Source of the DNA: Candidatus Latescibacterota bacterium
Lineage (GTDB): Bacteria > Latescibacterota > UBA2968 > UBA8231
Assembly: GCA_965217585.1 (NCBI GenBank)
Contig: OZ244561.1
Span: 3,232,001 to 3,296,000, forward strand
Length of the DNA: 64,000 nucleotides
Reading direction: 5' to 3'
The notes under the pieces are model-generated. The model saw only the letters and a program-made list of their open reading frames with translations, was not told the DNA's origin and searched no databases. Below are positions 1 through 9,983 of this stretch, one piece after another; the stretch's first letter is position 1, and each line of letters begins with the position of its first letter. The position numbers and the translations under genes were made by a program.

Positions 1-17
1 GCCACGCCGACTCGCTG

Positions 18-797
18 ATGTCCATTTCCCTCACTGACGGCACCCAACTCGAAGGCACCATCACTCAGGAAACCGAAACCCACATCCTCGTCGAGACGCT
101 GTCGGGCCTAGAAATAAAGGTGCCGAGAACGTCCATTGTTGCGATAAAAAAGCGCCACGCTGGTGCTTTCTCCCGTCCCGACCCCAACTACACCCGCCTG
201 ATGTTCGCACCTACTGGTAGGCCATTGCGCCGAGGAGATCGCTATTTCTTCAATCACTACGTATTCTTCCCCGGCATGGCCTACGGTTTCACCGACCGCT
301 TTGGCGTGGCAGGGGGCCTGTCCGTTATTCCGGGGTTGGGATTGGGCGAGCAAATTCTGTCGCTGGCCCCCAAGTTCGGCCTCTACGCTAGCGGCGATGT
401 CGCCCTTTCCATGGGCGTGCTCTATATGAATGTCGCCAACGAAGGGGCTGGAGGTATGGCCTTTGTGGTAGGGACCAAAGGCAGCCCCGACAAGAGCTTT
501 ACCTGTGGCATCGGGCTAGGCTACATCGCCGAGGAAGGCGAGGATGTGGATTTCGCCGAGCATCTAGTTCTCCTCCTTGGCGGCAATATCCGCCTCTCCG
601 AGAGCATGGCCTTGGTCTCGGAAAACTGGCTCATTGCCGGCGAAGATCTCGGGCTCGACCAACAGCCGTTGGGCCTCGCCCTCCGCTTTTTCGGCCCTAG
701 GATAGCTGTTGATGCCGGTGTCATTATCATCGGCGAGGTGATCGAAGAGGGGTTTCCCATCCCTTGGCTCTCCTTCGTCTATAACTTCGACGACTAA
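18..797 (+). CDS. Hypothetical protein (small N-terminal beta domain plus probable beta-barrel); paralog of 7458..8333; may be 5'-partial
   Basis: Shares the motifs PNYTRLM/LNTTRLF, AYGxTDxF, LGG..RL, SENW/AESW and C-terminal FVYNF/FVFNF with 7458..8333. Confidence 0.6.
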   Translation: MSISLTDGTQLEGTITQETETHILVETLSGLEIKVPRTSIVAIKKRHAGAFSRPDPNYTRLMFAPTGRPLRRGDRYFFNHYVFFPGMAYGFTDRFGVAGGLSVIPGLGLGEQILSLAPKFGLYASGDVALSMGVLYMNVANEGAGGMAFVVGTKGSPDKSFTCGIGLGYIAEEGEDVDFAEHLVLLLGGNIRLSESMALVSENWLIAGEDLGLDQQPLGLALRFFGPRIAVDAGVIIIGEVIEEGFPIPWLSFVYNFDD

Positions 798-800
798 TTC

Positions 801-3800
801 TTAGGAACTTTTAATACCCAATTTTCTCATTTTGTGGTACAGCGTAGAAGGCGGCACTCCCAGCAGAGCCGCCGCTCCTTTTGTCCCCTTGATCCGCCCG
901 TTAGTCGCATTGAGTACTTCGAGAATATAGCTGCGTTCAAGTTCAAGTAGAGGCATTATTTCGTGTTGGGGAGTTGATAATGCCTGTCCTTTAAGGCCGA
1001 GAACAGAGTTTACAATGTTAAAACCGTGTTGCATCAGATTGGCCACTTCGATTTGCTCACCCTTGCAGTCTATGACGGCCCGCTGTATAAGATGCTCCAG
1101 TTCTCGCGCATTCCCCGGCCAGTGATAGGCTTGCAGCATCTCCATAACCTCGGAACTCAAGGAGGCGGGTTGCCGGCCTAGGTGTGCTGCCATGCGATGC
1201 TGGAAAAACTCGACTAGGGCCGGGATGTCCTCCTTGTGCTCGCGCAGGGGTGGGATGTAGAGCGGAAACATCTGGAGACGCAAATACAGATCCTCGCGAA
1301 AGTCACCGGCCTGCACTATCGCCTTCAGGTCGCGGCTGGTCGCGGCGACCATGCGCGTCTGCGCTCTCAGCGTTTGGTTGCTTCCAACCCGTTCAAACGT
1401 GCGCTCTTCCAATAGGCGCAGGATCTTGGCCTGTGTGTCCAACGTCATATCGCCGATTTCATCCAAAAACAGAGTACCGTCTTTAGCCAGTTCTACCTTG
1501 CCTACCCTACGGGAATCGGCGCTGGTAGCCCCTTTTTCGTGACCAAAGAGTTCACTATCGATCGACGTCTGGGACAAGGTACCGCAGTTGACATGGATAA
1601 AAGGGCCGTTGCCATAGGCACTCAACGCGTGTAGTGCCCGCGCCGCCAACCCCTTGCCCACACCCGTTTCGCCTAGCAGTAGTACGGTCAGATCGGAGGG
1701 TGCCACCTCCATGAGCTTGGTTTGAAACTGACGCATGGTCTCGCTCTGGCCGATCAGTACGGTCAGATCGGAGGGTGCTACCTCCATGAGCTTGGTTTGA
1801 AACTGACGCAAGGCCCTGCTCTGGCCGACCCATTGATTGCCCCCACGGAGTGCGGCCGATAAAGTTTCGATATGCGAGTCGGGCTCTACCGCAAGCTGCG
1901 CCTGCGCCGTCTCCGAGTAATTGAGGTCTCGATCTATGGCTCGGACCTGAAAGGTGTAGTCTCCCGGCGGCAGGTTTTGATAACAGGCCCGCAACGCTCG
2001 GGTCGCGGGACACCAGTCGGGGTCGTATCCTTGCAAGCGGTACACATAGAGCATGTCGCGGGGATGGGTGGAAAAACTCATGCCCTTGTACTCGAAAACC
2101 ACCGGCTGTCCCACCGTGGAGGAGCAGACTTCCGCTAAGTTCTCATAGACCTGATCGGTGATAATCCGGCTTAGACGAATCAGGGGTGGATTTTGCTGCG
2201 GTCGGTAGCGTATAATGGAACCCATGACTGTGCCAAACCAGAAGGTTCCGTCGCGATCTTCGAGTATGCGGCAAACCGGTCCTATATCGGGTGATTTGAT
2301 AGTCTGGAAAAGCTGACCATCGTACTGGCCTACACCCTTGTCTGTACCGATCCAGAGGTGTCCGCACGCATCCTCAAATAAACAGTAGATGCGGTTGCTC
2401 GGTAGGCCGTCTTCGGTGGTGAAGGTGCGGAAGGTGCTGCCATCAAAGCAACTGATACCGCTCGGAGTAGCGATCCATAGGTTGCCATCGCGGTCTAATA
2501 GTAGGTCGTTGACATCGTTGTCTATGAGTCCATCTTCAACCCCATAAAATGTAAGACCCTCTTCAGGATGCCAGCAGGCGAAGCCGGTCCCACTAGCTAG
2601 GTTATCCCTACTGGTCAAGTGGAAATAGATTTCGTTGTTGCGCGTGGCAATCACCGTGCCAATGCGTCTGCGAGATGTTTTTTTGTGGTCCTCCACAAAA
2701 ATGGTTTGGAGCTGCTCGCCCCGCTGGTAAACGATCTTCAGTCGGCTGGTATAAAGCCTTTCTATTCTTGACTTATGGCCGTTTTCCCGATAGCCGAAAA
2801 GGAATTGTCCTTCCCGGTCTTGGGTGATTACGCTGACACTCTTTCCGCTTAAGCCTGCGATTTCTATTTTCTTTAGTTTCTGTCCGTCGTAGCGGAACAG
2901 GCCCCTGTAACCGCCAAGCCACAGGTCCCCGTCAAGGTCCTCGTAGATAGCGAAACAGTTGTCGATATCATTGCCATGCTCGGTCTCTACAAATACAAAG
3001 TGATCGCCCTTGAGGCGGCCGACGCTTTTGGGGTTGGGATAGAGACCGGGAGACACATACCCTATCCATATATCACCTTGCCGGTCTTGCACTATCTGTG
3101 AGACCTCGCCCGCGTTGTCGGGGAACTTCGCACTGAGGTCGAAAACGCTGATACTATGCGCATCGTAAACCCCGACACCGCCCCACGTGGCGAACCAAAA
3201 TCGATCCTCGCGATCGTGGAACACGGCTTTGACTATGGGATGTGGCAGGCCATCGGTAGGCATAAACCTGCTGAAGCCATCACCGTCCTGGTTCTGCACC
3301 CCTTGCGAGGTGCAGAACCACCTCCGTCCCTCCCGGTCGCATTGAATTTTGCGTAGACCGCCAACCAGATCTACCTGAATAGACTGAAAGGTACCATTAG
3401 CATAGCAGTGGCGAATCTCTCGATTGCGCGGCAGACCAATCCACACCTTGCCAGTATGATCCTGGCCCAAGACGTAGCTGATGTGGGCTTGGGGAAAACC
3501 CTCTTCCTCTTCGTAGCGGTGGAAGGACTCGCCGTCGAAGCGGATGAGATAGTCAAATCCAAACCACAGATGGCCGGCGGGATCCTGGGCAATGCCCCGA
3601 CATTGGTTGGGCCACTGAGGAGCAGGAGGCTGCTGGTAATGCTGCTGGTAGAGCGGAATCAGGTCGTGGAAAGCGGTGCCGTCGTAATACCCCAAGGTAC
3701 CGGTGCCCCCGAACCAGATACGACCCAGACGATCCTCGTAGATGAACTGCACGGCACGGCCTGCAATGCCGTCGTCCTCCAAGGGGTGGAAGTCTGCTCC

Positions 3801-4088
3801 GTCATACCAGCAGACCCCTTTTAACGTACCAAACCACAACCGCTCCTGACGATCCTTTTGCATAAAGAAAACTTGGTCGTGAGCGAGACCGTCCTGTGTC
3901 GTGAAATTTTGGAACTCATCCCCATCAAAGCGGCTGGCACCGTTATCCCAAGTGGCGAACCAGATATACCCCTCGCTGTCTTCGGCGATGTGTTCAATGC
4001 GCAGCGATGGAAGGCCATGGTCTATGGAATACGTCTTCCAGGTGCCCATGCGACTAAGTGGCTTGATCATAGAAAATACCCTTGTCAC
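801..4088 (-). CDS. Two-component-regulator beta-propeller + YYY domain + NtrC-type AAA+ + Fis-type HTH transcriptional regulator
   Basis: Repeated DxxGxxWFGT propeller motifs, [12 protein letters not shown] (YYY), Walker A GETGVGK, Walker [27 protein letters not shown]-terminal AAALLGV. Confidence 0.9.
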   Translation of the reverse strand: MTRVFSMIKPLSRMGTWKTYSIDHGLPSLRIEHIAEDSEGYIWFATWDNGASRFDGDEFQNFTTQDGLAHDQVFFMQKDRQERLWFGTLKGVCWYDGADFHPLEDDGIAGRAVQFIYEDRLGRIWFGGTGTLGYYDGTAFHDLIPLYQQHYQQPPAPQWPNQCRGIAQDPAGHLWFGFDYLIRFDGESFHRYEEEEGFPQAHISYVLGQDHTGKVWIGLPRNREIRHCYANGTFQSIQVDLVGGLRKIQCDREGRRWFCTSQGVQNQDGDGFSRFMPTDGLPHPIVKAVFHDREDRFWFATWGGVGVYDAHSISVFDLSAKFPDNAGEVSQIVQDRQGDIWIGYVSPGLYPNPKSVGRLKGDHFVFVETEHGNDIDNCFAIYEDLDGDLWLGGYRGLFRYDGQKLKKIEIAGLSGKSVSVITQDREGQFLFGYRENGHKSRIERLYTSRLKIVYQRGEQLQTIFVEDHKKTSRRRIGTVIATRNNEIYFHLTSRDNLASGTGFACWHPEEGLTFYGVEDGLIDNDVNDLLLDRDGNLWIATPSGISCFDGSTFRTFTTEDGLPSNRIYCLFEDACGHLWIGTDKGVGQYDGQLFQTIKSPDIGPVCRILEDRDGTFWFGTVMGSIIRYRPQQNPPLIRLSRIITDQVYENLAEVCSSTVGQPVVFEYKGMSFSTHPRDMLYVYRLQGYDPDWCPATRALRACYQNLPPGDYTFQVRAIDRDLNYSETAQAQLAVEPDSHIETLSAALRGGNQWVGQSRALRQFQTKLMEVAPSDLTVLIGQSETMRQFQTKLMEVAPSDLTVLLLGETGVGKGLAARALHALSAYGNGPFIHVNCGTLSQTSIDSELFGHEKGATSADSRRVGKVELAKDGTLFLDEIGDMTLDTQAKILRLLEERTFERVGSNQTLRAQTRMVAATSRDLKAIVQAGDFREDLYLRLQMFPLYIPPLREHKEDIPALVEFFQHRMAAHLGRQPASLSSEVMEMLQAYHWPGNARELEHLIQRAVIDCKGEQIEVANLMQHGFNIVNSVLGLKGQALSTPQHEIMPLLELERSYILEVLNATNGRIKGTKGAAALLGVPPSTLYHKMRKLGIKSS
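1681..1830. repeat. 75-bp in-frame tandem duplication inside the regulator gene
   Basis: agtacggtcagatcggagggtgc... starts at 1681 and 1756; the protein carries [18 protein letters not shown] twice. Confidence 0.9.
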
Positions 4089-4430
4089 GCCCTTCGGGCG
4101 CGGTGAATCCGCTTCGATACTCCAAAAATACTCCTACCCACGCAGATATTCAACCTTACTCCCTATAGGCGTTTTGGAACCAGCTTTAGGGACGACGGTG
4201 TCTATGCTCGAAAAACGCTTGAGGCCAAGGCCGCGCGGCAGTTCCGCAAAGCGGCTCGATATGGATTTTGAGGCCGTTTCTTAGCAAAGATTTTAGACTC
4301 AAAAGATATATTAAAAATTATATGTTGAGTGTACTCAAAAAAATATGCGACATATTGGGTTAATATACAACATTGTCTGTCATCTAAGCGAATCAAGCAG
4401 AGTAGAGGATTTTGAGACTATTGTTACCAT

Positions 4431-4475
4431 AGGACCGTATACGGTCTCGTAAAATATGGAACCGTATACGGTCCT
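4431..4475. promoter_or_regulatory. Twin palindromic operator-like sites in an AT-rich divergent intergenic region
   Basis: Palindrome accgtatacggt at 4434-4445 and 4461-4472; related half-site gatacggtt near 4579. Confidence 0.55.
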
Positions 4476-4633
4476 GTATTTTAACTAAAAATATTCTAAT
4501 AAATAAAGGTACTGTATTTATAATATCTACAATATTTTCTATGCTATAATTTATCTTGACATCCTTGTACACTTTCGATACGGTTCTCAGCACTTTATTC
4601 ACGGAATTCTAGACAACAATAACCAGTTGTCGG

Positions 4634-5317
4634 ATGCAGCTAAAGGACGCCAAATCCTCCGTCATGGGGAATCTGGTGGCTATCCACGAACGCGGGCTGG
4701 TTATCGAAATGAACGACGGCGGCCAGGTGGGCGTGCCGCGCGCCAAGATCAAACGGATGTACCGCAGCGTAGGCACTCAGACAAGTGGCAAGAAAGGCGC
4801 GCTATTTGGAGTGGCAACCGGCATGGTCTTGGGGGTCATCGTACTAAAGAAAGGGGATGATGATGCCTGCGGTGTGGTCGCTTTAGTGGAGCTTCCATCT
4901 GTCCTAACCACAGGGTCGGAATTCAGCGATTGCAAAACCCCTTTGCCCGAGCTTGTTGCTAAGGGCGCGATGGTGGGAGCCATCTTCCCGGGGATTCCGC
5001 TGGCGGGCCTCGGCTGGCTTATCGGGGAAAAAATCAAAACCGACAAGTGGGAGCTGGTCAAGCTCGACGAGCAAGCCCAAGCGCAGATTGCGCCAATGTT
5101 CCGCCTGACCGCTCGGCAAGGCAGCCAGCAAGTTTACGCAAACGAGCCCCCTTTACGGCCAGAGTGCCGAGACCCCAGCCCCCAAGACCCCTCGGATCAC
5201 GCTCGGGGTTCGAGGGGCCCTGAGTTCGGCGACCTAGATTGGCTCCGAAAGCTTGGATCTGGGCTCGCGCATCAGCGTACAGAACGCCGGCGTTTCCGCG
5301 ACGTTGCCGCTGGTTGA
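4634..5317 (+). CDS. Hypothetical membrane protein; C-terminal tail probably read-through across a deletion junction
   Basis: Two Gly-rich hydrophobic segments; the tail overlaps the remnant of the next porin gene in another frame. Confidence 0.4.
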   Translation: MQLKDAKSSVMGNLVAIHERGLVIEMNDGGQVGVPRAKIKRMYRSVGTQTSGKKGALFGVATGMVLGVIVLKKGDDDACGVVALVELPSVLTTGSEFSDCKTPLPELVAKGAMVGAIFPGIPLAGLGWLIGEKIKTDKWELVKLDEQAQAQIAPMFRLTARQGSQQVYANEPPLRPECRDPSPQDPSDHARGSRGPEFGDLDWLRKLGSGLAHQRTERRRFRDVAAG

Positions 5318-5888
5318 CAAACTCGGCCTGCGCCTCGGCGGGGCCTACGTAAGCAAGGGGGCCACTCTTGATGCCGGCTTCCTCGGGCTCGGAGCCACTT
5401 TCAAACTCGATTACATCGAGTTGTCGGCCTTGGGCAAGGCCAGTAGCACCACCTTGGGGCGAGGCACAGGTTCGGTGTATGCGCTGGCCGGACCGACGCT
5501 GGGGTTCAAAGCCAAGTGCGAGACCGGGGTCTCCCTGTTAGGACTGGATGTCACCTTTGAGGACACGTCTGACGAGGAGGGAGGCATAACGGTAGAAAGC
5601 AGTGGATCGAATGACTGCGGCGAGGCTTTCAAGAGCACCGACTTGGGCGTTACCGGAGGGATCGGGTTTGAGTGGCAACCGGGAGGCGATCCAGACGATG
5701 ATACGAGTGAAGGGTTGAAGATGATAGGGGATGTATCGGGGCTGAAGGTCTCGCTGGAACTGCTGTACACCGTGGGCCTTCAGTCGATCGTCAGTGCCGA
5801 TTCCGGCAGCGATCTAGGTCTAGGCGATGACCTCAAGAACCGGGCGTTCTCCATCTGGCTGGGCGGCACTTTACCCATCGGAGGGTAG
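5148..5888 (+). pseudogene. Outer-membrane beta-barrel (PorT-like) pseudogene
   Basis: In-frame PLYGQS...ITLGVRGALSSAT*IGS aligns with paralog PLFGQS...LTIRGGASLATWGGS; TAG at 5235-5237; signal peptide missing. Confidence 0.7.
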
Positions 5889-5982
5889 GAATTGATGACG
5901 ACTGGGGCTGTCGAGAGCCGCCCTCTACATCCCCATACGGTAGAGACGCTATTACCAAATTCCTTCACAAGGAGTAGCAGAC

Positions 5983-6744
5983 ATGAAATATAGGCAGCGA
6001 TTCCTCCTCCTTATGAGCGTCATGGCCTTAACGGCTCTTGCGCTTCCCGTTCCTCTTTTCGGCCAGAGCGTCGGAGACACGCAGCTCACCAAGCAGACCA
6101 CGCTGACCATTCGGGGCGGCGCGAGTTTGGCGACATGGGGCGGGAGTGGTGTGGACCAACTAGGCGACGAAGCCGCAGTGGAGTCGCGCACCGGCTTCAA
6201 CGTCGGTGCTTCCGTGGCGTTCCCGCTAAGCGATAGATTTGGCCTACAACTCGGCGGTACCTACGTGCAGAAGGGTGCTCGCTTCGGTTTCGGTCCCGAT
6301 CCAGACTACTTCGGATTTGACTTAGGTAGCTTACAGGTCGAGACCAACGTCGATTATATCGAGTTATCGGCTCTGGGCAAGGCAAGCGTCCCCTTCGGGA
6401 GCCCGCCGAGTCGAACTTCCGTATATGTACTCGCCGGACCGGCGGTGGCATTTAAGGCAAATTGCAAGGTTAGGGCCTTTGGCATCTCGGCAGGCTGCGA
6501 CGAGGCCGAGGAAGAGCAGTTCAAGACCATCGACTTCGGCGTTGCCGGAGGGATCGGTGCCGAGATGGCGATCGCCGAAAAGCTGACGGTTTCGCTAGAC
6601 CTGCTGTACACCTTGGGGCTCCAGTCGATTAATCATTCCGGCGAGGGCAGTGATGCCAGCGACGATTTTGACGACGATTTTGATGAGGTTAAGAACCGAG
6701 CCTTTACCATTCAGGTTGGGCTCGGCTTCCCATTCGGGCGGTAA
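5983..6744 (+). CDS. Outer-membrane beta-barrel (PorT-like) protein
   Basis: RBS aggag, signal peptide, YVQKG, DYIEL, AGP, DFGVAGGIG, KNRAF motifs, aromatic C-terminal strand. Confidence 0.8.
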   Translation: MKYRQRFLLLMSVMALTALALPVPLFGQSVGDTQLTKQTTLTIRGGASLATWGGSGVDQLGDEAAVESRTGFNVGASVAFPLSDRFGLQLGGTYVQKGARFGFGPDPDYFGFDLGSLQVETNVDYIELSALGKASVPFGSPPSRTSVYVLAGPAVAFKANCKVRAFGISAGCDEAEEEQFKTIDFGVAGGIGAEMAIAEKLTVSLDLLYTLGLQSINHSGEGSDASDDFDDDFDEVKNRAFTIQVGLGFPFGR

Positions 6745-6800
6745 GGGCTGGGATTAGGACACATGCTCCCCGTTCTTCACCTAGAAATCTTTCCAGGTGC

Positions 6801-7058
6801 TTGGTGGATTCCATGCTCAGATTTACCTGCTTGTTCTTTTTTTTTGTGATTTTTGCCCATTCGGGCTGCCGACCGGCGACACCCGACAGACAGATCCAGG
6901 ACGCATTTGAAATATCCGTTGCAACATACCAGCCATGCTTGGTCTTGGTCGAATGCGAGCGATGCGCCACCGGAACTGAAGGAATGGTACGGCAAGGTGA
7001 GGCGGTTCTACAGGGAGTTGAGCAAAAAGCGGCGACAATAAAGGGGGGATCATTATGA
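6801..7058 (+). CDS. Small hypothetical lipoprotein-like ORF or remnant
   Basis: Hydrophobic N-terminus ending in HSGC (lipobox-like). Confidence 0.25.
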   Translation: MVDSMLRFTCLFFFFVIFAHSGCRPATPDRQIQDAFEISVATYQPCLVLVECERCATGTEGMVRQGEAVLQGVEQKAATIKGGSL

Positions 7059-7457
7059 AAACCAAATCTCACCAGTATTGGGGACGCGTCGCCATCGATG
7101 GCCTTCTGGTTCTACTCGCGACTTGCCCCGACGCGGGGGCGCGGCCCCAGGGCAAAGTCGCCAAACCGCCACGGGGCGCGCCGCCTCCACAGACCGTACG
7201 CTGACGATGCCGAATGCCTACGCGGCGAAAGCGGTAGTGTCGAGTCGTGCACAACGGGGATTGGCCGCGAGCAAGATGCTCTTGTTGCGCTGAATGCGAA
7301 CCCTTTTGGGGGGAAAAGCAGCGCTCGTTTTGCCGATTCTTAACCGGCGAGCGGCCGGGCCTGCAGAGCAGATTCAGGCTGTGTGGCCCAAGCCGCGGCA
7401 AGTCTTTCGCAAAGGTCGAACACTTTCTTCGTCAAATTAAAAACAAAGGGGACAAAA

Positions 7458-8333
7458 ATGCTCGCCATTCGAGTTCTATCGCTTTGCCTTGCTATCACTT
7501 TCTTACCAGAAGTCGAAGCCCAAGCGGGATCCATGATAGACGGCTTGAAAATTCCCGAGTCTGGGTATATGCAAGTTGTCGAAACCAAAGATGGGGGGAT
7601 GCTCATTGGTCGCATTATCTCAATTGACGTCGATGTCGTCCAATTCGAGACCCGCTTCAGCAAGACGGAAATCCCCATCCGGGCAATAAAGAAAATCAGG
7701 AAAATCCCAGATTCCTCCATGCGGAACGAGGAATACTATCCCGATCTCAATACCACGCGGCTGTTTATAACCACAACGGCCCAGATAATGGAACGTGGGC
7801 AAGGCTATTATTCAAATCGCTACCTTTTCTTTAGCATGCTCGCATACGGAGTCACGGATAATTTCACTATTGGAGCGGGTGGTCTCACTCTACCTATCCC
7901 TCTTGCGGATATGCCCTTCTACATTACGCCCAAAGTAGGTCTGTTGAACAAAGAGTCGTTGGATCTGGCCTTGGGAGCGCTCATCTTGAGGGTGCCTGAT
8001 CCTGGTTTCTCGACGGGTATTCTATATGGAGTAGGGACTTTCGGCGGTCCCGAAGGCCTCACAGCGGGTTTGGGCTGGGGGTTTGTGAACGACAAAATAG
8101 AGAATACCCCCGCGATTGTGTTGGGAGGAAAAAGAAGGTGGACGCGAAGACTGTCAGCCGTCGCGGAGAGTTGGTTTTTCCCCAATTTCTACGACCAGCC
8201 CATGGTTATATATGGAATCCGCTTTTTGGGTTTAAGAATGACCGTGGATGTGGGTATGATCGCTGTGCCTTCCGAAGAGATAGTATTCCCGGGGTATCCC
8301 TACTTAGACTTTGTCTTCAACTTTGGCTATTAG
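7458..8333 (+). CDS. Secreted hypothetical protein, paralog of 18..797
   Basis: Signal peptide ending VEA-Q, purine-rich RBS, motifs shared with 18..797. Confidence 0.7.
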   Translation: MLAIRVLSLCLAITFLPEVEAQAGSMIDGLKIPESGYMQVVETKDGGMLIGRIISIDVDVVQFETRFSKTEIPIRAIKKIRKIPDSSMRNEEYYPDLNTTRLFITTTAQIMERGQGYYSNRYLFFSMLAYGVTDNFTIGAGGLTLPIPLADMPFYITPKVGLLNKESLDLALGALILRVPDPGFSTGILYGVGTFGGPEGLTAGLGWGFVNDKIENTPAIVLGGKRRWTRRLSAVAESWFFPNFYDQPMVIYGIRFLGLRMTVDVGMIAVPSEEIVFPGYPYLDFVFNFGY

Positions 8334-8377
8334 CTTCATCAAGTACGAGTTGGGCACTCAGTCAGGTTAAGAATAGT

Positions 8378-8983
8378 ATGATTTCAGTGTACCAAATAAA
8401 ACCGAAGTTTCAGCAGTTGCTGAAACCACTACTAGGCATATTCCATAAAGTCGGTATTACGGCCAATGGCATTACATGGATGGCTATACTGTTGTCAACT
8501 GTGATCGGCGTACTGTTTTGGTTTTTTCCTAATGGTCATATGCTCTGGATCTTTGCGATTGGTTTACTAGTAAGAATGGCATTGAATGCCCTCGATGGGA
8601 TGATGGCCAAAACATATAGCATGACCAGCGTTTCGGGAGAAATATTGAATGAGCTAGGCGACGTTTTTTCTGACGCAGTACTGTTTTTTCCTCTGATAAA
8701 GCTGACAGGTGTGAATTCCTGGTGGGTGTTGTTGTTCATTTTTCTTTCTATGCTGAATGAGTTTATCGGGGTATTAGCAAAAGCGGCAACAGGAACGAGA
8801 AGATATGACGGCCCGATGGGAAAGAGTGATAGAGCATTAATTTTAGGGGTGACTTGTTTGCTGTTTTTCTTTTGGCCCGAAGTGATGGTAGCCTTCAATT
8901 ATATCTTTGCAGGAATGAGCGTTCTACTGTTGTTAAGTTCAATAATTCGAATAAAAAATGGATTGGCTCAAGTCGAGGGTTAA
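8378..8983 (+). CDS. CDP-alcohol phosphatidyltransferase (YnbA-like)
   Basis: SVYQIKPKFQ start, LNALDGMMA..G..LNELGD..SD signature, RRYDGPMGKSDRA. Confidence 0.9.
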   Translation: MISVYQIKPKFQQLLKPLLGIFHKVGITANGITWMAILLSTVIGVLFWFFPNGHMLWIFAIGLLVRMALNALDGMMAKTYSMTSVSGEILNELGDVFSDAVLFFPLIKLTGVNSWWVLLFIFLSMLNEFIGVLAKAATGTRRYDGPMGKSDRALILGVTCLLFFFWPEVMVAFNYIFAGMSVLLLLSSIIRIKNGLAQVEG

Positions 8984-8984
8984 T

Positions 8985-9932
8985 ATGAATGTATTTATAG
9001 AACAATGGGAAATGGCCTTGGTTATTGGGCTTATTTTCGGTCTTCTGGTTTTTGCGACGATCCTCTTTTGGATAATGGGAAAGGTAAAGCCGCAAGGCGA
9101 CTTTTCGGAATTAAAAATGAGGACCAGATCTTGGTGGCTAATGGCTACTATCTTTGTTTTGGCAACCATTTTACATCCTATCATTACCTTTGTTTCATTG
9201 GGATTGCTTTCCTTTTTTGCGTTGAGGGAATTATCCTCGATCAGTAAAAATGTAAGAGAAGCCGATCGTAGAGTATTGATCTGGTGTTTTTTGAGCATTC
9301 CAATCCAGTATTATTTAGCTTACATCGGTCACTATGGTCTGTTTCTTATCTTCATTCCTGTGTTTATGTATTTATGGATTCCTTTTATGTTGGTGATCAT
9401 TGGTGAAACAGAAGATATCAGTCGATCAATGAGCGTCCTGCCGACCCAATTGATGCTCACAGTATTTGGCGTTAGTCATTTGGCTTTTCTGGTTTCACTA
9501 CCGGATATTGATGGGTTTGATGCAGGAGGAAGAGCACTATTGTTATTCATTGTATTTATTACGGAGATGAACGACATTTTCCAGTTTACTTGGGGGAAGT
9601 TGCTGGGAAGATATAAGATTCTTCCCAAGGTGAGTCCAAATAAGACTTGGGAAGGACTGATAGGCGGAGTAATTACTACCGTGATTGTTGGATACTTTTT
9701 ACGCTTTTTGACCCCATTTTCTGAAATGGAGGTTCTAATCATTTGTGGCGTTATTGCTATTACCGGTTTCATTGGCGATGTGGTTGTTTCCGCTATTAAG
9801 AGAGATATCGGCCTTAAGGATACAGGGAGTACAATTCCCGGACATGGAGGGATTTTAGACAGAATAGATTCACTGGCGCTTACCGGACCCGTTTTCTTCC
9901 ACATTGTATACAATATGTATTACGTGTTATGA
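8985..9932 (+). CDS. Phosphatidate cytidylyltransferase (YnbB/CdsA family)
   Basis: SPNKTWEG, SAIKRDIGLKD.G..IPGHGGILDRIDSL. Confidence 0.92.
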   Translation: MNVFIEQWEMALVIGLIFGLLVFATILFWIMGKVKPQGDFSELKMRTRSWWLMATIFVLATILHPIITFVSLGLLSFFALRELSSISKNVREADRRVLIWCFLSIPIQYYLAYIGHYGLFLIFIPVFMYLWIPFMLVIIGETEDISRSMSVLPTQLMLTVFGVSHLAFLVSLPDIDGFDAGGRALLLFIVFITEMNDIFQFTWGKLLGRYKILPKVSPNKTWEGLIGGVITTVIVGYFLRFLTPFSEMEVLIICGVIAITGFIGDVVVSAIKRDIGLKDTGSTIPGHGGILDRIDSLALTGPVFFHIVYNMYYVL

Positions 9933-9983
9933 CCAGCGAGCAGTGGATGATCTCGCAAATTTGAAACGTACCGGAGTTCTCTA

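Noticed and set aside
4090-4630. Sigma54 -24/-12 promoter
   Set aside because: No convincing TGGCAC-N5-TTGC found by eye
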